Assembly (NCBI GenBank): GCA_017499595.2
Contig: CM039010.1
Span: 1,612,001-1,676,000, forward strand
DNA: 64,000 nucleotides
Direction of reading: 5' to 3'
From: Psilocybe cubensis
Taxonomy: Eukaryota
Position 1 is the first letter of the stretch. Every line of letters starts with the position of its first letter. Positions 39,260 through 54,269 of the stretch are shown here, one piece after another. The notes under the pieces were generated by a model. It was not told the origin of the DNA, did no database searches, and was given only the letters and a program-made list of their open reading frames with translations. Both the position numbers and the translations under genes were made by a program.

Positions 39260-42200
39260 TTAGCAACTTGAAATGGCAACAAACCTCCGGATAATACGTA
39301 CATCGGCAGCCATTGCGTTGTAGGTCTCCGCAAGTGCATCCTCGCCGGGCAGTGATGAACGTCTCCACGAGTTAGTCGCATTAGCAGGTGGGTTGGGTCG
39401 TAAAGTTGGGGGTTGGCCAGAGGCTGTAGAGGGTGAATTACCTTGTAACATACTGAACGACAGTGATCGTCGAAGTGAACGCTCTGGGTTGGCCAGCCCC
39501 AACATAGCATACAGTTCGTCTTGAGCCCGAGCCAAAGCGCGGGTCTCAGATGTTGGAGTAAGTCCAGGCGTCAAACCAGTAGACGATAGTGCCTGTTAAT
39601 CAAATATGTTAGATCGCGTTTAATAAACAAAATTTTAGTTCTACGCACTGCAGAACTTTTAGATGGTGAACCCAGACCATCGAGAGTTCTCCGTCGTGGT
39701 ATTGGCGGCACTGGGGGTATTGGGCGTTCCAAACGCAATAAGGGGCTTTTGGCACTGGAAGGTGTGAGACCATTGTGCATCCCACTTCCAAAGGACGATA
39801 TTTGGCTTAGGCGTTGGCTGGGAGTGCGGAGGCCAGCCTTTGACACTCTGACACTTGATTTCCTGAATGCAGACACCCTACTCGACCGTTTCGACGACAT
39901 ATCATCAATTTTGTCGTTTAGACGATCGTATTCATCGGCCACAGATTGCGCTTGCTGCCATGCTTCGTCTCTCTCTGCTTCCAATGTCTGTATCTGAGTC
40001 CGCAAGGCCTGGTTTTCTGCGACTTGCTTCAAAAAACTTGCATTCAGTTTCCGAAGAGCCATAGATAGAGCACTTCCTGTATGGATTTGTGTAAGTGAAT
40101 CCAGATGGGCCAACTGGGAATCCAAACTATGTAACTCCTCTGTCAGCTTGTCGAGATTGATAGAGACATCCCGTAGCTCTTCCAACACTCGAAGAACATA
40201 TGGAGTATTATCTTCATCTCCAGCGCTCAGATATAGGGTCAGAGCATCGAACAATGCTGCCCGTTTCTTCGCTAAAACCTTATAACGAGTTTTGAGGTCG
40301 GTACGCTGGGCATCCAACCGTCGTATCTCCTCCGGAATCTCAGTGTCGATGATCTCAAGGCGTAGAAGGCGAATAGATGAAGCCTCTGCTGATTGTCGAA
40401 TGGCGCGCGAGACAATTGCCTGAAGTTGTGCAGAAGTGAACGTCCATTTCGCAGCCTCCATGGTATAGCCTCTCCATTTGGGGGCCGGTGTTTGAAATTT
40501 AGGAGAAAAGGCAGGTGTAGATTCAGATTGATTTCTAGAAGTGTAATAACGATGACTGGTACTGGCCACAGACGAGATAGACCCTGTCCGATCACGTTGG
40601 TAACCTTGCGAAGTTTGTCCACCTATTAACTGAATCTGACTTGGTCTACGAGGGCCTGCAGGAAGAGGGGGTCGTCTTCGCGCCCGCTGGCTGATGACCG
40701 AGTTTTCTCTCGCCAAATGTGGATTGCTGACATTGCCATTCGGAATGATTCCCAACTCGGAAATAGACATTGAAGATCCAGCAGCCCCATTACTACTTGT
40801 TGCGCTCAGAACTCCGGCACTCAAGGCAGCGGTCGATATTTCTGTACTCTGCGCTCCAAAATCAGGTGTTTGCAAATTTGAGAATATTGGATTCGGTGGT
40901 GAGTTGACTGCCTCCGTTTGGTTGATAGCGTCACTAACGACCGTGTAGTAGGGAGGCGGAGAGCCCAAAGAAGTGCCCCTAAATATATCCGATGCACGAT
41001 CGCCAAAGGTACCCTCAGGATCGTACAACGGACCTGGAACTGTCAATTCCTGGACGTTGGGAATGGGTGACTCGTGCTGAGGAAGCGATGGCACTGGTGG
41101 AGATATTGTTTCTACAGACGTGTCAGGCTCTTGGGCAAATGGTGCAGGCGACGTTTCGCTGTTTGTCTCTGTCCCGTTGATAGCAACCGCATGTTGTGAC
41201 GCAGTTATGTTTGAGCTTTTGATCGTCAATGCAGGTGGAGGTAAGCGACTTCGGACAGGTTGTGACTTGAGCTTCTGAGAAGGTGTGGGCGACGGAGGAG
41301 GGATTGATGGGGGAGGAGGTATCGATGGCGTAGATGCCGTCGCTACAGGTGGTGAAGGCTGCAGCACAGCAGGAGAAGGAGATCCTGACCTCATGGATGT
41401 ATTCGATGCAGCGGAAGACGGGGCTGGAACTAGAGGAGAAGCAGGAATAGACGGTAGAGATTTCATTCGTCTCGATGACTCGGACCGTATTGAAGGGGTA
41501 TACATTGAGCTCGAATCTGATCCCTGCGTGAAACTAGCACTACGACTCGGAGACCTGGTGCTCTCAGGTATTAAAGGTAAATTGATTGGTCCTAGCTCTC
41601 TGAGACTAGTTTCTGGAGAATCAACCAAAGTAGTTGTCGACGGTTCAGGGTGCATCGACGGCGCAGAGGTATCCAAAGCCGGTTCTGGATGGTCGCGTGC
41701 AACATCTTCACTGGGACTTTCAGCAATATCGCCAATATGTCGACCTGAAAAAGATCCAGACCGTCCTATTATGCCATTGGTTTTGATTCTGCTTGTGCTT
41801 GTCTGACCCGAATGTCTACTTGTCGTAGCCGACCTAGACAACAAAAGTTGCTGAGCTAAATTTGGCTGCAAGCTCCCGCGATTGGGCAAGGTTGCAGAGA
41901 GGGGGACATTGGACATCGGTATGACATCATGAACATCCAGAGTCTGTACCATCGACGTAGAACCAACGTCGGTCGTCAGAAGAGGACTGAAGGCGTTCGG
42001 CGTTTCAGGAAATTCCTGCGTCACCACCCGTTCATCTTCCTCAGTAGTAGGTGTACCCAGTTCCGAAAGTTGGGGTGTTATGGTGATCTTATACGCATTT
42101 GCGTCCTTGGAATCTCGAACAACTTTGATTGGACTTGGAGCGCTTCCGGAACGCGTGCGGTTGAAAATTCTACTAAGTGGAGGAGGTGCAAGAAGATCTG

Positions 42201-44124
42201 AACCTGCAGAAGCGAATGATGATGCACTGTGTGCACTACCAGGTGATGGGAGCTTGAACAACAATTGAGAACGTGGCAGGGACCGCATAATAAAATCTAT
42301 ACCTGAGTTACAGATCGAGGACGTTCGCCAATTGGGTGCAATTGCTGGCGCGTACGTAATTCCGACGGTATTCGAGATAAAGGTAATGAATCCCCGCGAC
42401 CTGTGTCATAAATTCAGTATAAAGTGTACGGATGAGGAGCAGACATATTACCGCGCAGACTGTTTGTTAATGGACTACGCGCCCCAACAGGCTGGTTTCT
42501 TATTGACTCGCGTTTATCGGTTCTATAAGGTGCTGGAGGGGATAATTGAGAGCTGGACTCTTCACTGATGGGTGAAAAAGCAGGCCTATAATTGTTTCCA
42601 GAGACATTGATTGCAGGGGAATCAGGGAGAGAATAATAGTTCAACACATCTTCATAATTCTTCGCAGAAAGAGGTCCTTCTGAAGAGGTTGCAGGTGAAA
42701 GCTGGTTTAGATCCGGTGATATGAGTTGCGAATCCAGGGGGAACTGCTGTAGAGCCTCTTGATATGATTTGTCCGACAAGCTCTCTTGCGCCAATGATTT
42801 GCTGTCTGCACCTGGAGAATAAGGAAGGCGAGGTGTTGGAGGAAGAGGAGATCGAGGAAGGGAAGGGAGTTTATCTTCTGTATTCCGTAACAAGATGGCA
42901 CCAACATCGAACTCTACATCAGGGCTGAAGAGTGCGCTATTTGGTCCCGTCGAATTCGTTGACGGTGTGTCGGGCAGACTTCTTGCATTAATACTTCCTG
43001 TACTTGAACGCCTTTTCAAATTTTGACTTTTCTTTTCCTTCGCCCCCACTCCTCTAGGCTTCTTAGGAGGTTCGTATAGTTTCTCAGCGTTTGAAGGTAT
43101 TGGAGGAGCATCAGGCCCTATCGAGAAGTTGTCATTATTGTAACCAGCTCCGAAACTGTGTTCTCCTCGGGGTAGTGTCGTCGAATCAGACCGTGTAAGC
43201 CCGGCTACGCTAGTGCGATATTTCGACATGCGATTATCGTGGGGTAGTATAAAGGAATTGGACATTAAAGCACGCGCTAGAGTAGTGCCAGATATAGCCG
43301 AAGATGCGGGGGTATCGAATGATGCTGAAAGAGGACCCATGTTGGGGGAAAAGGCCATTGAAGATTCGCCTGATTTTATTGTTGTATTATTCTGACTCTG
43401 CGTAGATTCGGAAGGTATAGTGATAGGTTTTGGTGTTGACTTCTTCGGCGAGGGTTGTTCTAATCGTTTGAAAGTATCGTATCCTGGCAGCTTTCCGAAA
43501 TGTGAAGGCTGGAGAGGAATATTGGAGAATATGAAGAAATACTATAAGCAAAGGACGTACGTTCATAGCTTGTAGGTTTGCGAGTACATCCTCAGACGAC
43601 GTTGAATAACTTTCATCCTCCCCAATAACTGAATCTGTCCCATTCTTCCCATTTGTCCCGCTGAAGCTCCCTGAACCGGATGACTGGTTTGAAACCTCGT
43701 TCCGAAGCCCATTTCCGGTCACTAATGTCTGTTCTTTGGCTGGAGCTGAATAGTAGGTACTACTGCGAAGAAAGCCTGATGGGAACCAGTCGGTAAGGGC
43801 ATCTTGAGATATGTCAATGTCCAATTGGACTTGAGGGGAAGCAGTACTATCCGTCCGAGGAAGCTGTGGTTGCTCGTCCACAAGACTCTTTTCGAAATCG
43901 TCCGTCGGTTTCCCTCCGTTAAAATCCAATGAATACCGTGTATCCCTAGCCTGTTCGTTGATATCAATTACTTCTGTATGTTCCAAGCTGGATGGCCCCG
44001 GGAGATAAACTGGTACGGGTGGTATAGTGGATGTCGAAGGTTCGGGTCGTAAGATATATGAGAAGGGGGATTTAATCACCGACTTTGCCTTGCGTGAATT
44101 AATGAAGGACGACAACGGAGCCAT
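39260..44124 (-). CDS. Large Ser/Pro-rich, probably disordered protein with a C-terminal coiled coil (weakly Uds1-like)
   Basis: Five exons join in frame from MAPLSSF (44124) to FVAISSC* (39260). The coiled-coil region IVSRAIRQSAE...LDKLTEELHSLDSQL...HTGSALSMALRKLN resembles the Up-regulated During Septation domain (recognised by eye, no search run). Confidence 0.7.
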
Positions 44125-47100
44125 GCCGTGGGCGTCCTAGTGGATTGCGTTGAAGCTGCTTTCAATGAGCTCGTTCGGCAGCGTCCCGTTGTCGTAGCCC
44201 GTCGACCAACGATTTGGAAGGTGAAGAGAGCGCTAAAAGGACATGGATGGCAAGGAAACCTGGCCTGGATCAGTCAAGCAGTGATGCGTGACAAAGTTCA
44301 TCAGGTCCACCAGTTCCTGCCATCTAATCCGACACAGCCGTATGCTCGCAGGGTCCAACATGGGAATTTATTTTTGATGATGTGTTTGATGAACCTTTTC
44401 TTGTTTCAGAATTTGGGTTTCTCCTCCACCTCCACCTCCTTTCATAGCCTTCGCACTGTGTTGCATAAAGTAAAATACCCTGTAAACATGTAACGCTCTT
44501 TTTGAGTTCATCGAGACTATAGCAATAATTACTTTCGGCTACTAAAGCGTACCTGATTCTCATAAATTGCCATATGCATCACAGTTGGCCAAATGGGTCT
44601 TAGAAACCTGCGTGGTGACGCCTGCCCACCAATCAATCCTGGACTGAATAGATTCAAATTGACGCTGGTTATGACGGGCGATTTGATTGTGCTTTTCACC
44701 TCTTACTCACAAGAAACTGCCGATGCCATTATCCATAAAACCATGAAAAAAAGTATGGCAAGTTTGTAAAAATACCCGTCGAGGGTAACATGCTGACACA
44801 GAGATTGCTGGCGTTGACAGAAATCTCGATGCTGGTGGTCATTGGATTCTCAGCGACTCCAATCGCGTGTGGAAGTAATGAAATTGAATGGAAGTTGTGG
44901 AGGAACCCATTGATTGCAGGTCTTTGTATATGGTCCGTGCGTCAATGCATAAGCAAGCTTATCAGAAATCGTAGAAGCAATCACTAATTCGTCGCGTTCT
45001 CAACTTGGCCCGCGATACTCTTGCTAGTATCTGAGGGATTCAACTGTGCGTCAAACGTTGTAATTGCCTCTTTATCCACATTCCGTCCAATAGCATGTTG
45101 CTCATTGTATTGACAGAACTCTGATCCAAGTGTGTCAAATACTAAGATAGACCAACCGTCATCCCCGAAACGTAGACATCCGTCGGTCAGCCTTCAGCTT
45201 TTATTCTTTTCTACTAGCCCAAAGTATTGCAAAATGCAAAATTCTGCTTTACTGATATACCTGCGACAAGGAGGTCGATTTCGAAGACTTCCAATTGCAT
45301 TGGAATTGGACTCCGTAGTGGAATAATAACAAAAACGATCGGGGGCTCACGCCAGTTTTTTGCCTTTAGACAATTGAATGCTTTAGCTGGCAGTCTTTTC
45401 TTGAGCTGTACGAGCGCATATACTGTTCTTTTACTCTGTGTTACGTCCTCGTCGATGTTGGAACATTCCAACTATCTCAACCGCTTCTACTGACAAACAA
45501 CCAACGACAGATGCGATACCCAAGGAACACTTCAGTATGATCTACTTTATCAGAATTATTTTGAAATTTAGCGGACAGCATATGTTGTTGATATGATGAT
45601 TCAAAAATAATGTGGTGTCAAATGAACCCTCGCCAAGATACCTGGCCTCACATCATCGGTTTACATGTTTTCAAGACTTGCCCTGTTTCCAGAGGAGCCA
45701 CCACGATCCAGCCATGCGTGTATAGTGAGGACAACGACGCCGCTCTACCTTTTATCTCCAGTACTAGGCATTTACCGCAGTTGAATATTGTGTCCCGAGT
45801 GACGACGATCACGAATAACCAACTTATCATATAACCCGCTCCATCGTGAGAAGCGGTACGCCTATTTCTAGGATTATGATCTTTTTAAAGTGTTCTTTAT
45901 TAAAACTCTTTGGTCAGATATTCCGCAGCAATAGCTTTCTCCCCATCACAGAGCTCGGCCTCGTAGTTGAGTGGTATGTATCAAGTATCCTAACCATGAC
46001 TAAACTTTGTTATTCCACGGGTTAAGCGCTGGCCATAATTTCTTCTGGTCTATCCACGTCCCCAACTATTCCTACTCCGTCGGTACATCGCTCTTAGCAA
46101 CAACAGTGTGTATAAACTGATATTTAGACGCGTTATTGCGGCATTCGAGATGAAACCTCTTGCTGAAAAATCCCTATGACACACTCATGTTCCTGTTTTG
46201 GTCTCAAAACTGCGGCACTGGGGCCTTTAACGGCTTCTGAGTTTCACATAATTCTTCTCGACTTCGCAATATGACATATTCTTCTGGCCTTTATAATGTC
46301 GTTATCCAGAAACGAGGGTGCATCGAACTTCGAAAATAATATTATGTATGGATGCTCTTTGACCTCTTTTCGAGCCCCTGTTCTCACCACCTTTTAGGTA
46401 GTAATTATGCCTGCTCGTTTGGTATCACTGTTTCCTGACATTTTGGTGTACGCCTCCGTGCTATAGGACGAGGTTGGCCACTAGCCTGAAGGAGTCCCAA
46501 GTCCTTGGGATTTAAGTATCCAAACGGCTAGGTCATCCTTTGTCCATGCGGTTATTTCAGACCGACTTCTACTTGATGAAACAGAGATTTATGCAGGGCG
46601 AAGTTCGAACAACTTGTCGCATTTACTATTGCCTACATACTGCCGTCGTCCAAGGTTCTCATTTGGTCAGTCATTACCGTCTCCTCTGCTCCGGATACAT
46701 GTTATTGCGTTCAATTCGACGCCTGGCATGTCCAATCCTTTTTGAAGACTTTCTGTTAAATCATTTCTGGGTTGGGAAATCAGAATACGACCGTTATAAA
46801 TAGAGGGTTACTATATCAAAAGGGTAAGCATGTTCCGATGGTCGAAAATAGTCAACTGAAGACATTGAAACTCAATCAGTTTCTCATGATACCCAGAAGA
46901 TCCAGAATCGATGCGAACTGAGCGAAGATGCGTTGCAGTAGGCTTTCCTGGGTAAGTTATATATGGCCATACCAAGTTACTTACAAGCTCCAGATCCTTC
47001 CAGACTCCAAAAGTGATTTGAACTTCCTGTACATATTCCGTTTCCAACATTGACTGATAAAAATAACTTCCATTCATGTGTCCAGCAGCTTGAATTAGGT

Positions 47101-50100
47101 TTCATAGTTTTGGCCCGTAATTATGTGTATATTCAATGTGAAGTGGGTGTTTACCGTAGGTCAATTGAATTGAAGTACATACTTCATTGATAATGGAATA
47201 CTAACAATTGTATCATTTTAGTGCAGGGATCAAGGTGAGGTGTAGGCGGGAAGTCACCTGAAGCTTGATCCTTTATTTCCGACGACCCAAATTTCTACAA
47301 GGACATGACACACCGTTCCCAATCTGGGTTGGTAGCCTCATGTCGCATTCCGATTAAAGTGGATAGACTTCGATGTGCCTTGAAATTGTTGGTGGACCTG
47401 TTACCATACAAGCTTATCGAACCTTCCACATTCTGATACGCCCCATCACGATGCAATGCGCCACAGTCGCACTGAGTTTAGAGTCTATGTATAGGAAGGC
47501 AACTTTGTCGTTACATTTCCAACTACTACTCTTTCAATTCTGATGATAACAGAATCGCGAGCAGAGAATGTATTGAGCGGGGAAATCAATTCATTGAGGA
47601 TGACTATTTGAGTTTCATATCAATGAGCTAGCTGCGATAGATCCTTCGTTTGCCGGTAGGGTTCAACTTTCCCATTGGCCATTTTGTTGAATCGATTGAC
47701 TTCTGAATGTACATACTATACACATATTTCATAAGTTGGGTAAAACACTCAGGTTCGCAATGTCTTCTGCCCATTGATTCAGAATACACCCGTAAGCCCA
47801 CAACTCTGGGGCGCTACTTTGATTGTGGGTTGTGATGCCCAAAAATGTATTGTGGGGACTCCGGCGTCAAATTCCGACCACATCAACACCGTGAGCAATG
47901 GAAGTCAATGGCAGTTTAAGTCAATAAATCGTAGGTCAGAACACACATAATAATGATGGTCAATGGTAGTTTTCAGATTAGACCGTTGGTCTCCATAGGC
48001 CGCCGGGCAGCCCACAAACCCTCTAAGGTATTGGCGTATATGCAAGATTGGATTCGACCAAATTGAATATGTACTACCCCGTGGCCCAGTAAGCCAGCCA
48101 TAATCTCACCCAAAGTGATCTGAGATATCTATCACCGAATTAAAAACTTCAGATGGAGTCAAGCTACGATTTGTACCCTACCTCGGGAGGTCGCCTGTTC
48201 CACACCACATCGACGCATGCCCCGGTACACTCTGCTTCTGCGTATACCATCCACAGTTGTACTAATTAAGATGTGTCCACTTGGTTATACCGGGAGATGC
48301 TAACATTCCGACGTCGCGGAGTCGTCGACAAGATGTCGAATTTATCCAAAGCACTGGAACACAGGTCGCCAAGGAGCTCTCTGAAAATTTTGCAGATGCT
48401 TCCAACACACGGCAAATCCAGCACATATCGAAGCTGCGAACTTCGCTGAGATGTTGATTTTAAGATGTGATCAGCAACCGCAAAAAACTAATCAGATGGA
48501 ACGCTCGAGAAACAAGCATTCATCGCTTGAAATTAAGCTCTGTGAGTGGAGAGTCTGGGCCAAATCAAATAGCCGCTTGGCGAGTCCTCGAGAAACGAAC
48601 ATGTCCGACCATCAGCATCAGGAAGAGGGTCAGCGCAGTGGTGTGAATCTTTCGTGTCAACCTGTGTGAACCCGTTTGAACGATATCACTCTATCCGTCT
48701 TAATTAGTCTTAGCTGTGTTTTAATTTTTGTGGACACTCCTCTTTGAAGTTTTTTTTTTTACATGTCGCCTAGAAAATAGGACCGAGTCTCCGGTGACGC
48801 TTCTTTCTGCGTCATAAAATATTGGACGGGGCCCGGGGAATGTGGAATAGGATTATGAATCCGATGCCCGCGAGTTACGGTGGGCTGCAGAATATGTAGT
48901 CGATTCTTCGATTGATTTGACAGTCATTCATTTCGACAGCAAGACATGTGAATCCTTGCTATTGGTGCTCCGCCAGTCCGTGATAGTGGTTACATGTGTT
49001 GAGAATCAAGATGTTTTGAGTATTCTAGATGATGACGAATGCACTTTTGTAAGCGTTGGATGGGAATATTCATCTATCTTTGACTGAACCTGTCGAAATA
49101 GGAAAATCTACTTTCTTAAAAGGATTGAGGGGTATTCGTCGACGGAGATTTATGCCTTGAGGCCACATCGCAACTTGGTTTTAAAAATATTGATTGTAAG
49201 TCATGCCAGCCAATATGAACATCTAGTGTTGTCCGGTCAAGATTAGCATATACGTACAGAAGATAGGACGTATAGATACCAATAAAATTATGAAGCAGTT
49301 TGCTCTTTTAACATGAGGCCCAAGCTAACTCCCTCGATAGCCCGAATTCTACCGAGTAGTAATAATACGACCAAAGAGGCTGCTCTTTGGTTATCTGGGG
49401 CAAGACTCGACGCCTTGATTATGCTAAGAAAATGCCCCGAGTTCGTCCACGATTAATTTTAAGTTGCGAAGGCAATTACTATCAGTGGATCGATAATGAC
49501 TGCCGTTGTGTGCAAAAAACACAATCATTTTAGGTCAGAAATATTCTGTGCGCCTTTCAAAGCTGACTAAATACCTTGTTGCATTGAAGATTAACCACCC
49601 AGTGCTGGCGCTGGTGGGCGCTGAGGAGGTGAACAGGTTGCTGAGCATGATTAAGCTATTATGTAATGCTGACTAATCACAGAGCCAAACTGCTGGAGCA
49701 TCATTCCTAAATTAGATTATGAACTGATCACCGTCACAACCAAAAAAAGCTGACAATTGGGTACTTTAGTATGGAATCATGGTTATTTTCCAACCATACG
49801 CCCAACTATGACTTCTAAAAGCGCATATAATCACAGGTTTTGAGAGCTGGAGGGCTCAGAGGTCCATCTCAATCAGGCCTCAGTAATTGAGTGATGCCAG
49901 ACAAACTATTCATCTCTGTCCGGATTTCGTCAGTCTCCGAACTCAAGCAACGAAGGCGACCAGCACACTAGCAATTATGCCGTGAGCGGCCACAAATATG
50001 CCCCAAGAGCTCCTATTCCGAGGTGGCAAAGTCGAAAATGAGCCTCGGAACAATGCATTACGCTCGATTCTTCCCCTCCTTCATAAAAACTCAAGTTTGA

Positions 50101-50894
50101 ATACCCTCCAAACAGAATCTGGGAGAAAAATGATATGTTAAGGACGCGGCACTCGATGCTAATTCGGTAACTCGGCATATCTGGTCATTTTGTGCATTAC
50201 GGCCACGGTGGTGGGTATTTAATTGTTTCAGCGACGATATCCCTGGAAATGTCAGTCGGGTGAACATACCCAACGCCATTGCCAGCCATGTCGGCAACCA
50301 ACCAGAGGCCCACAATCAAGTGCTCAGCATAACGAGCTATTGCCCCCAACAGTGTCCGGGTATGGGCAACAACATCGGCGTGTGGAGGAGTCCAAGACAC
50401 CAAACGGAACTATCATCAAGATTTCTGGACGCTTAGTCAGAGGGGGACTGATAAAATCAATTGAAAAATGAAGCGTCAATTAACAAACTAAACCGTCCAT
50501 CTTAGGTCCATCTGGAGAAGCGCGTGCAGGGTCGATGCCGCGTATCTGGAAAAGATTCCAAAGAGATCTGCAACTTTTTTCATGAGTGTGGGATACAACA
50601 CGTTTCGCGTCTTTAACAAAACCCTTCCCTCAGAAGGTTGAACCACAACCTCTTCTCTCCCAGCAGACACTTGCCAGAGGCTTCCAAAATTCCCATCTCT
50701 TGCCCTCTCCCTCTTCAAAATAGTTATTTTGAAGGCGCCGGTTTATTTACGGCAACGAAGGGCAGCCTGGAAAACCACTCGGAGATTTATAAACCAACAG
50801 ACGGAGATTCCAATTCCCTCTGAATCCATATCGTTGTCCTCTTCATTGACGGACGCGCACCTCCCCCCTTCGCCCCAATTTCGATAATCCTTCA

Positions 50895-53487
50895 ATGTCT
50901 AGCGCGTCTCCCAATCGTCTTCGCACCAAAACTTCCGACCTCACGGATTTTTTTCGTGGTGCTGGCAACTCTGTGGCCCAGCCTCGCAGCTCTCAGAGTC
51001 AAAAGGATCTGTCTTCAACGCATTTGGAGGTCCCCTCTGGAGATGAGGCGTCAAAGAAGAAAACTACACGCATTCCATTATTTGGACGGTCGCGCAAAAA
51101 ATCGACACAATCCACGGCTTCGAGCCCATTTGCGTCGACCAGCGGCGTACGGGAATCTACCGACACGGGGGTGCATCTTGGCAGAGCGTCAAGCTCAAGC
51201 GCATTGGACAGGTGAGTGATTGTTTTTTCTGTATTCATCGCTTTCCTTTTTGGTCGACTTGCTCCATTTTCGAGTTGGCGAGGTTCGCGCTTGGCGCAAC
51301 CGCAATGTAATTTCGAATGCAATTTCAACCATTCACATTCTCTCAAAATCACTTCCTGATATCCTCCGAGAATGTGACGTATTGACTGTAGAGAATTCTA
51401 GACACCCTTCCGAGGCTCCTGCACACAGCACAACGATTCCACCCCCACTTCCTGTACCTAGTAAGCCGCTCAGCAGGGTACCTACGTCTCTCAGTTCCAA
51501 ATTCGCCGCCACCTTTTCTCATTCTCGATCATCGAAGGCGGCGGGGGTCTCTTCTCAAACGGAGCTTCGGTCGAAGCCTCCTGTAAGCTATCCCTCGGGG
51601 CGTGTGCAACCAGAGAACAACGTCAGGTCCGTGTCACAGGGTGAATCAGGTTCAGGTTCTTCAGTAGACAAGAAGGTTCCCACATCCGCAACCCGACCCG
51701 CACGGCCCACAATAACTGTTTCGCTTTCCGAAGATGACGACGAAGAGTTTAAGGATCTGTTTACTCGCTCTACTGAGGAACTAGAGGAGTATTATAAAGC
51801 CCTCGAGCTCGCTAAGCAGCAGCAGAGGCAATCCGAAGACTCTCATAAGATGTCGGCACGTTCAAGCTCATCTTTAGGCTCGCCAGTCGAGATGTCATCA
51901 TCCCCATCGATTTACAAGCGTGGATATACTCCTGCATCTGCCATCGCTGCAGCAGTACGTCATCAGCATGTTCCCAGCGTTGAAAGCGATCGTCCGTCCA
52001 GTACGTCTTCGAAGAACTCAAGAAAGAACTCTGACTCGGACAAAAGCCTCGACAAAGTTGATAGAACTTCAACTCCGCGCCCTCCTGAGTCTCAAGAATC
52101 TCCTCGGCTTACTAGCGCTGATAAGGACAGAATCCTACCTCCCTCTCTGAGTCGCAGATCCACTATGGCTGTAGGATCTATTGCCTACCACTCAGACGGT
52201 TCAGTTCGATCGCGGATGAAATTAGGCGCAACCCAAAGCCGAAGTAAGCCACCAACAATACCCCTTCCTCTTCTTCCCCCTTCAAGTCCCCCACCATCGA
52301 GCCCGCTTCCCCCTAGCCCGACAATTCCGCCCAATATTCCTGAGAGTGCCACAGTTCAATCTGAGTCCGGCACTTCGCGTAAAGTTTATGTCCGCCCCAG
52401 AGCTCACACAATTAGCTCCTCTACTACTTCCATCCCTCCATCTCCGCTCTCTCAATCTACTACGACTAAAGCTGACGATAACATACCCCCCTCGACTGTA
52501 ACCATCTCGCCCCCCCCTGCTGAAGAGGAAACGCTCGACATTGACACCGCTTCTGCGGAACAACTGCGACAAGCTCTCCGCACTCGAAACGAGCAGTATG
52601 CCGAAGTTACAGCTCTCGTAGTAAAGCTTACTGAGCAACATCATGCGGAGATTGCTGTTCTAGAAAAAAAGATTGCTACTCTGGAGAAGGAAGCTCGTAA
52701 ACGGGACACTCAAATCAAGGGATTCACCTGGATGCTGAATGACGCGGAGTCGCAACAACAGCCAAAGCCTCTGCCACCTGGAATCTTAAATCAGTCCCGG
52801 TTTGCACCAAGCGCTGCTAATGTGGTCAGCAGCGATTCCGAATATGAGATCCACAGGATTCATCCTAATACACACCGTCGACTAGTCTATCAGAGCGACT
52901 CTGGAGCCGACTCGCATGCGACCTCCGGGGCCGAAGGAGGTTCCGCTACAGAATCCATTTCTTCCGCCTTCCGCGTCCGCAAGTTGCGTCGCCCCTACCC
53001 AGTCGGCGACGGCACTCAGGCGGCAAGTATTACTCGCTCTGGGACACTACGCTCACCCAAGCTTCCCCCTGCTGCCAACAGCGAAAAAGCTCTTCCAGAG
53101 ATGCCATACATGCCCACCTCTATGGCCATGGCTACTAAACGATCTTCTGTCAGTTCGACGACTGTCTCTCCTTCGTCGTCAACTTCCTCTCTCTTGCCTC
53201 CTAGTCCAAGCATCACTGTGTCCTCTCTCTCTGCTATTCCTGAAGGCTCAAAGCCTCTGGGAATACTCCACACTACTACAAGGTATGACAGCTCTTCCGA
53301 ACAACAAGACGAACGTCGAGCTGCCCGGGCATCACATCGGACATCACTGTCATCCTTGACTTCTTCCTCCACCGCGGCAAGCAGTTCTTACTCGGCTAAC
53401 ATAAAGCGTAGTCGCCCCCCTTCAATTGCTCAGGTCTTGGAAAAATCGCCATCGAACATGAGCGAGGTATTGTATCTGAAAAAATGA
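50895..53487 (+). CDS. Hypothetical Ser/Pro-rich protein with a central coiled coil
   Basis: Exon 1 MSSASPNRLRTK...ALDR with a gtgagt donor at about 51212, then a long open exon to 53487 containing EQLRQALRTRNEQY...EKKIATLEKEARKRD. Confidence 0.75.
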
Positions 53488-54269
53488 GGTGCTCTTGATA
53501 TTATCCATTTGCTTATTGCTCGTTTCAACCATCAACACCTCTAATCATCGCATCTATCATGACTTCACAGTCTCATTCTTTTTTTGCTTTATCGTCATCA
53601 CATACTGCATCACGCTCCTTGATCCTTTCTTTTGTTCTCTTTCCTTCTCTCTTTCTTTCGATTCAGGGCCGTCTCTTATTTTTATGACCGCATGGTATCG
53701 GCACTCACGCTCCTTTCCTTATTGTCTCTCTAACCTTCTAGCTACTGTCGTAAACCCCTCTATTGCCCCACTCTATTCATCGTCTATTCTCACTAGTGGC
53801 CGTGTCTCTTGGCTGACTGCAGTTCTCCTGCCAGTCAAGGTGTCCCCTCGGATTACTATTGGATTCATCGGACTCGTTATATGCATTCCTTTTCTCGCGC
53901 ATATCTTGTATTCTATCATCCACATCTCCTTCGTATACTCGAAGGCCATTTACCTTATCTATTCCGGCATTTACACTACACCGTCTGTAGCTTGTGGTCG
54001 GATTCGTTTTATAGTTCACATCCCGCGTTGGATATTACATTGTAGAAATTAAATTCAATTGCATTAATATTCGTCAAAACTTAACGAATTCGCCACAGAC
54101 ATTTAGACTATTGCCGAAGGGGATTTTATTTTAGCACATTGACACTGAGAAGGTGCTCTACTTACAGGTGTTATTTCTCATCATTTAATATTTTTTGAAG
54201 GAGAAGCCAGCGGTTCAAAATAACATAAGTGCTTCTTGATGTTTTTGGTCATGGGTAATTGGTATCCCA

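Noticed and set aside
50197-50403. VSWTPPHADVV resembles the RNase H WxPGH motif of retroelements
   Set aside because: It lacks the GNExAD motif, and no RT, integrase or LTR is nearby.
53489-54052. 187-aa hydrophobic ORF
   Set aside because: Non-ATG start, and it lies in the pyrimidine-rich 3' UTR of the upstream gene; the hydrophobicity is a compositional artefact.
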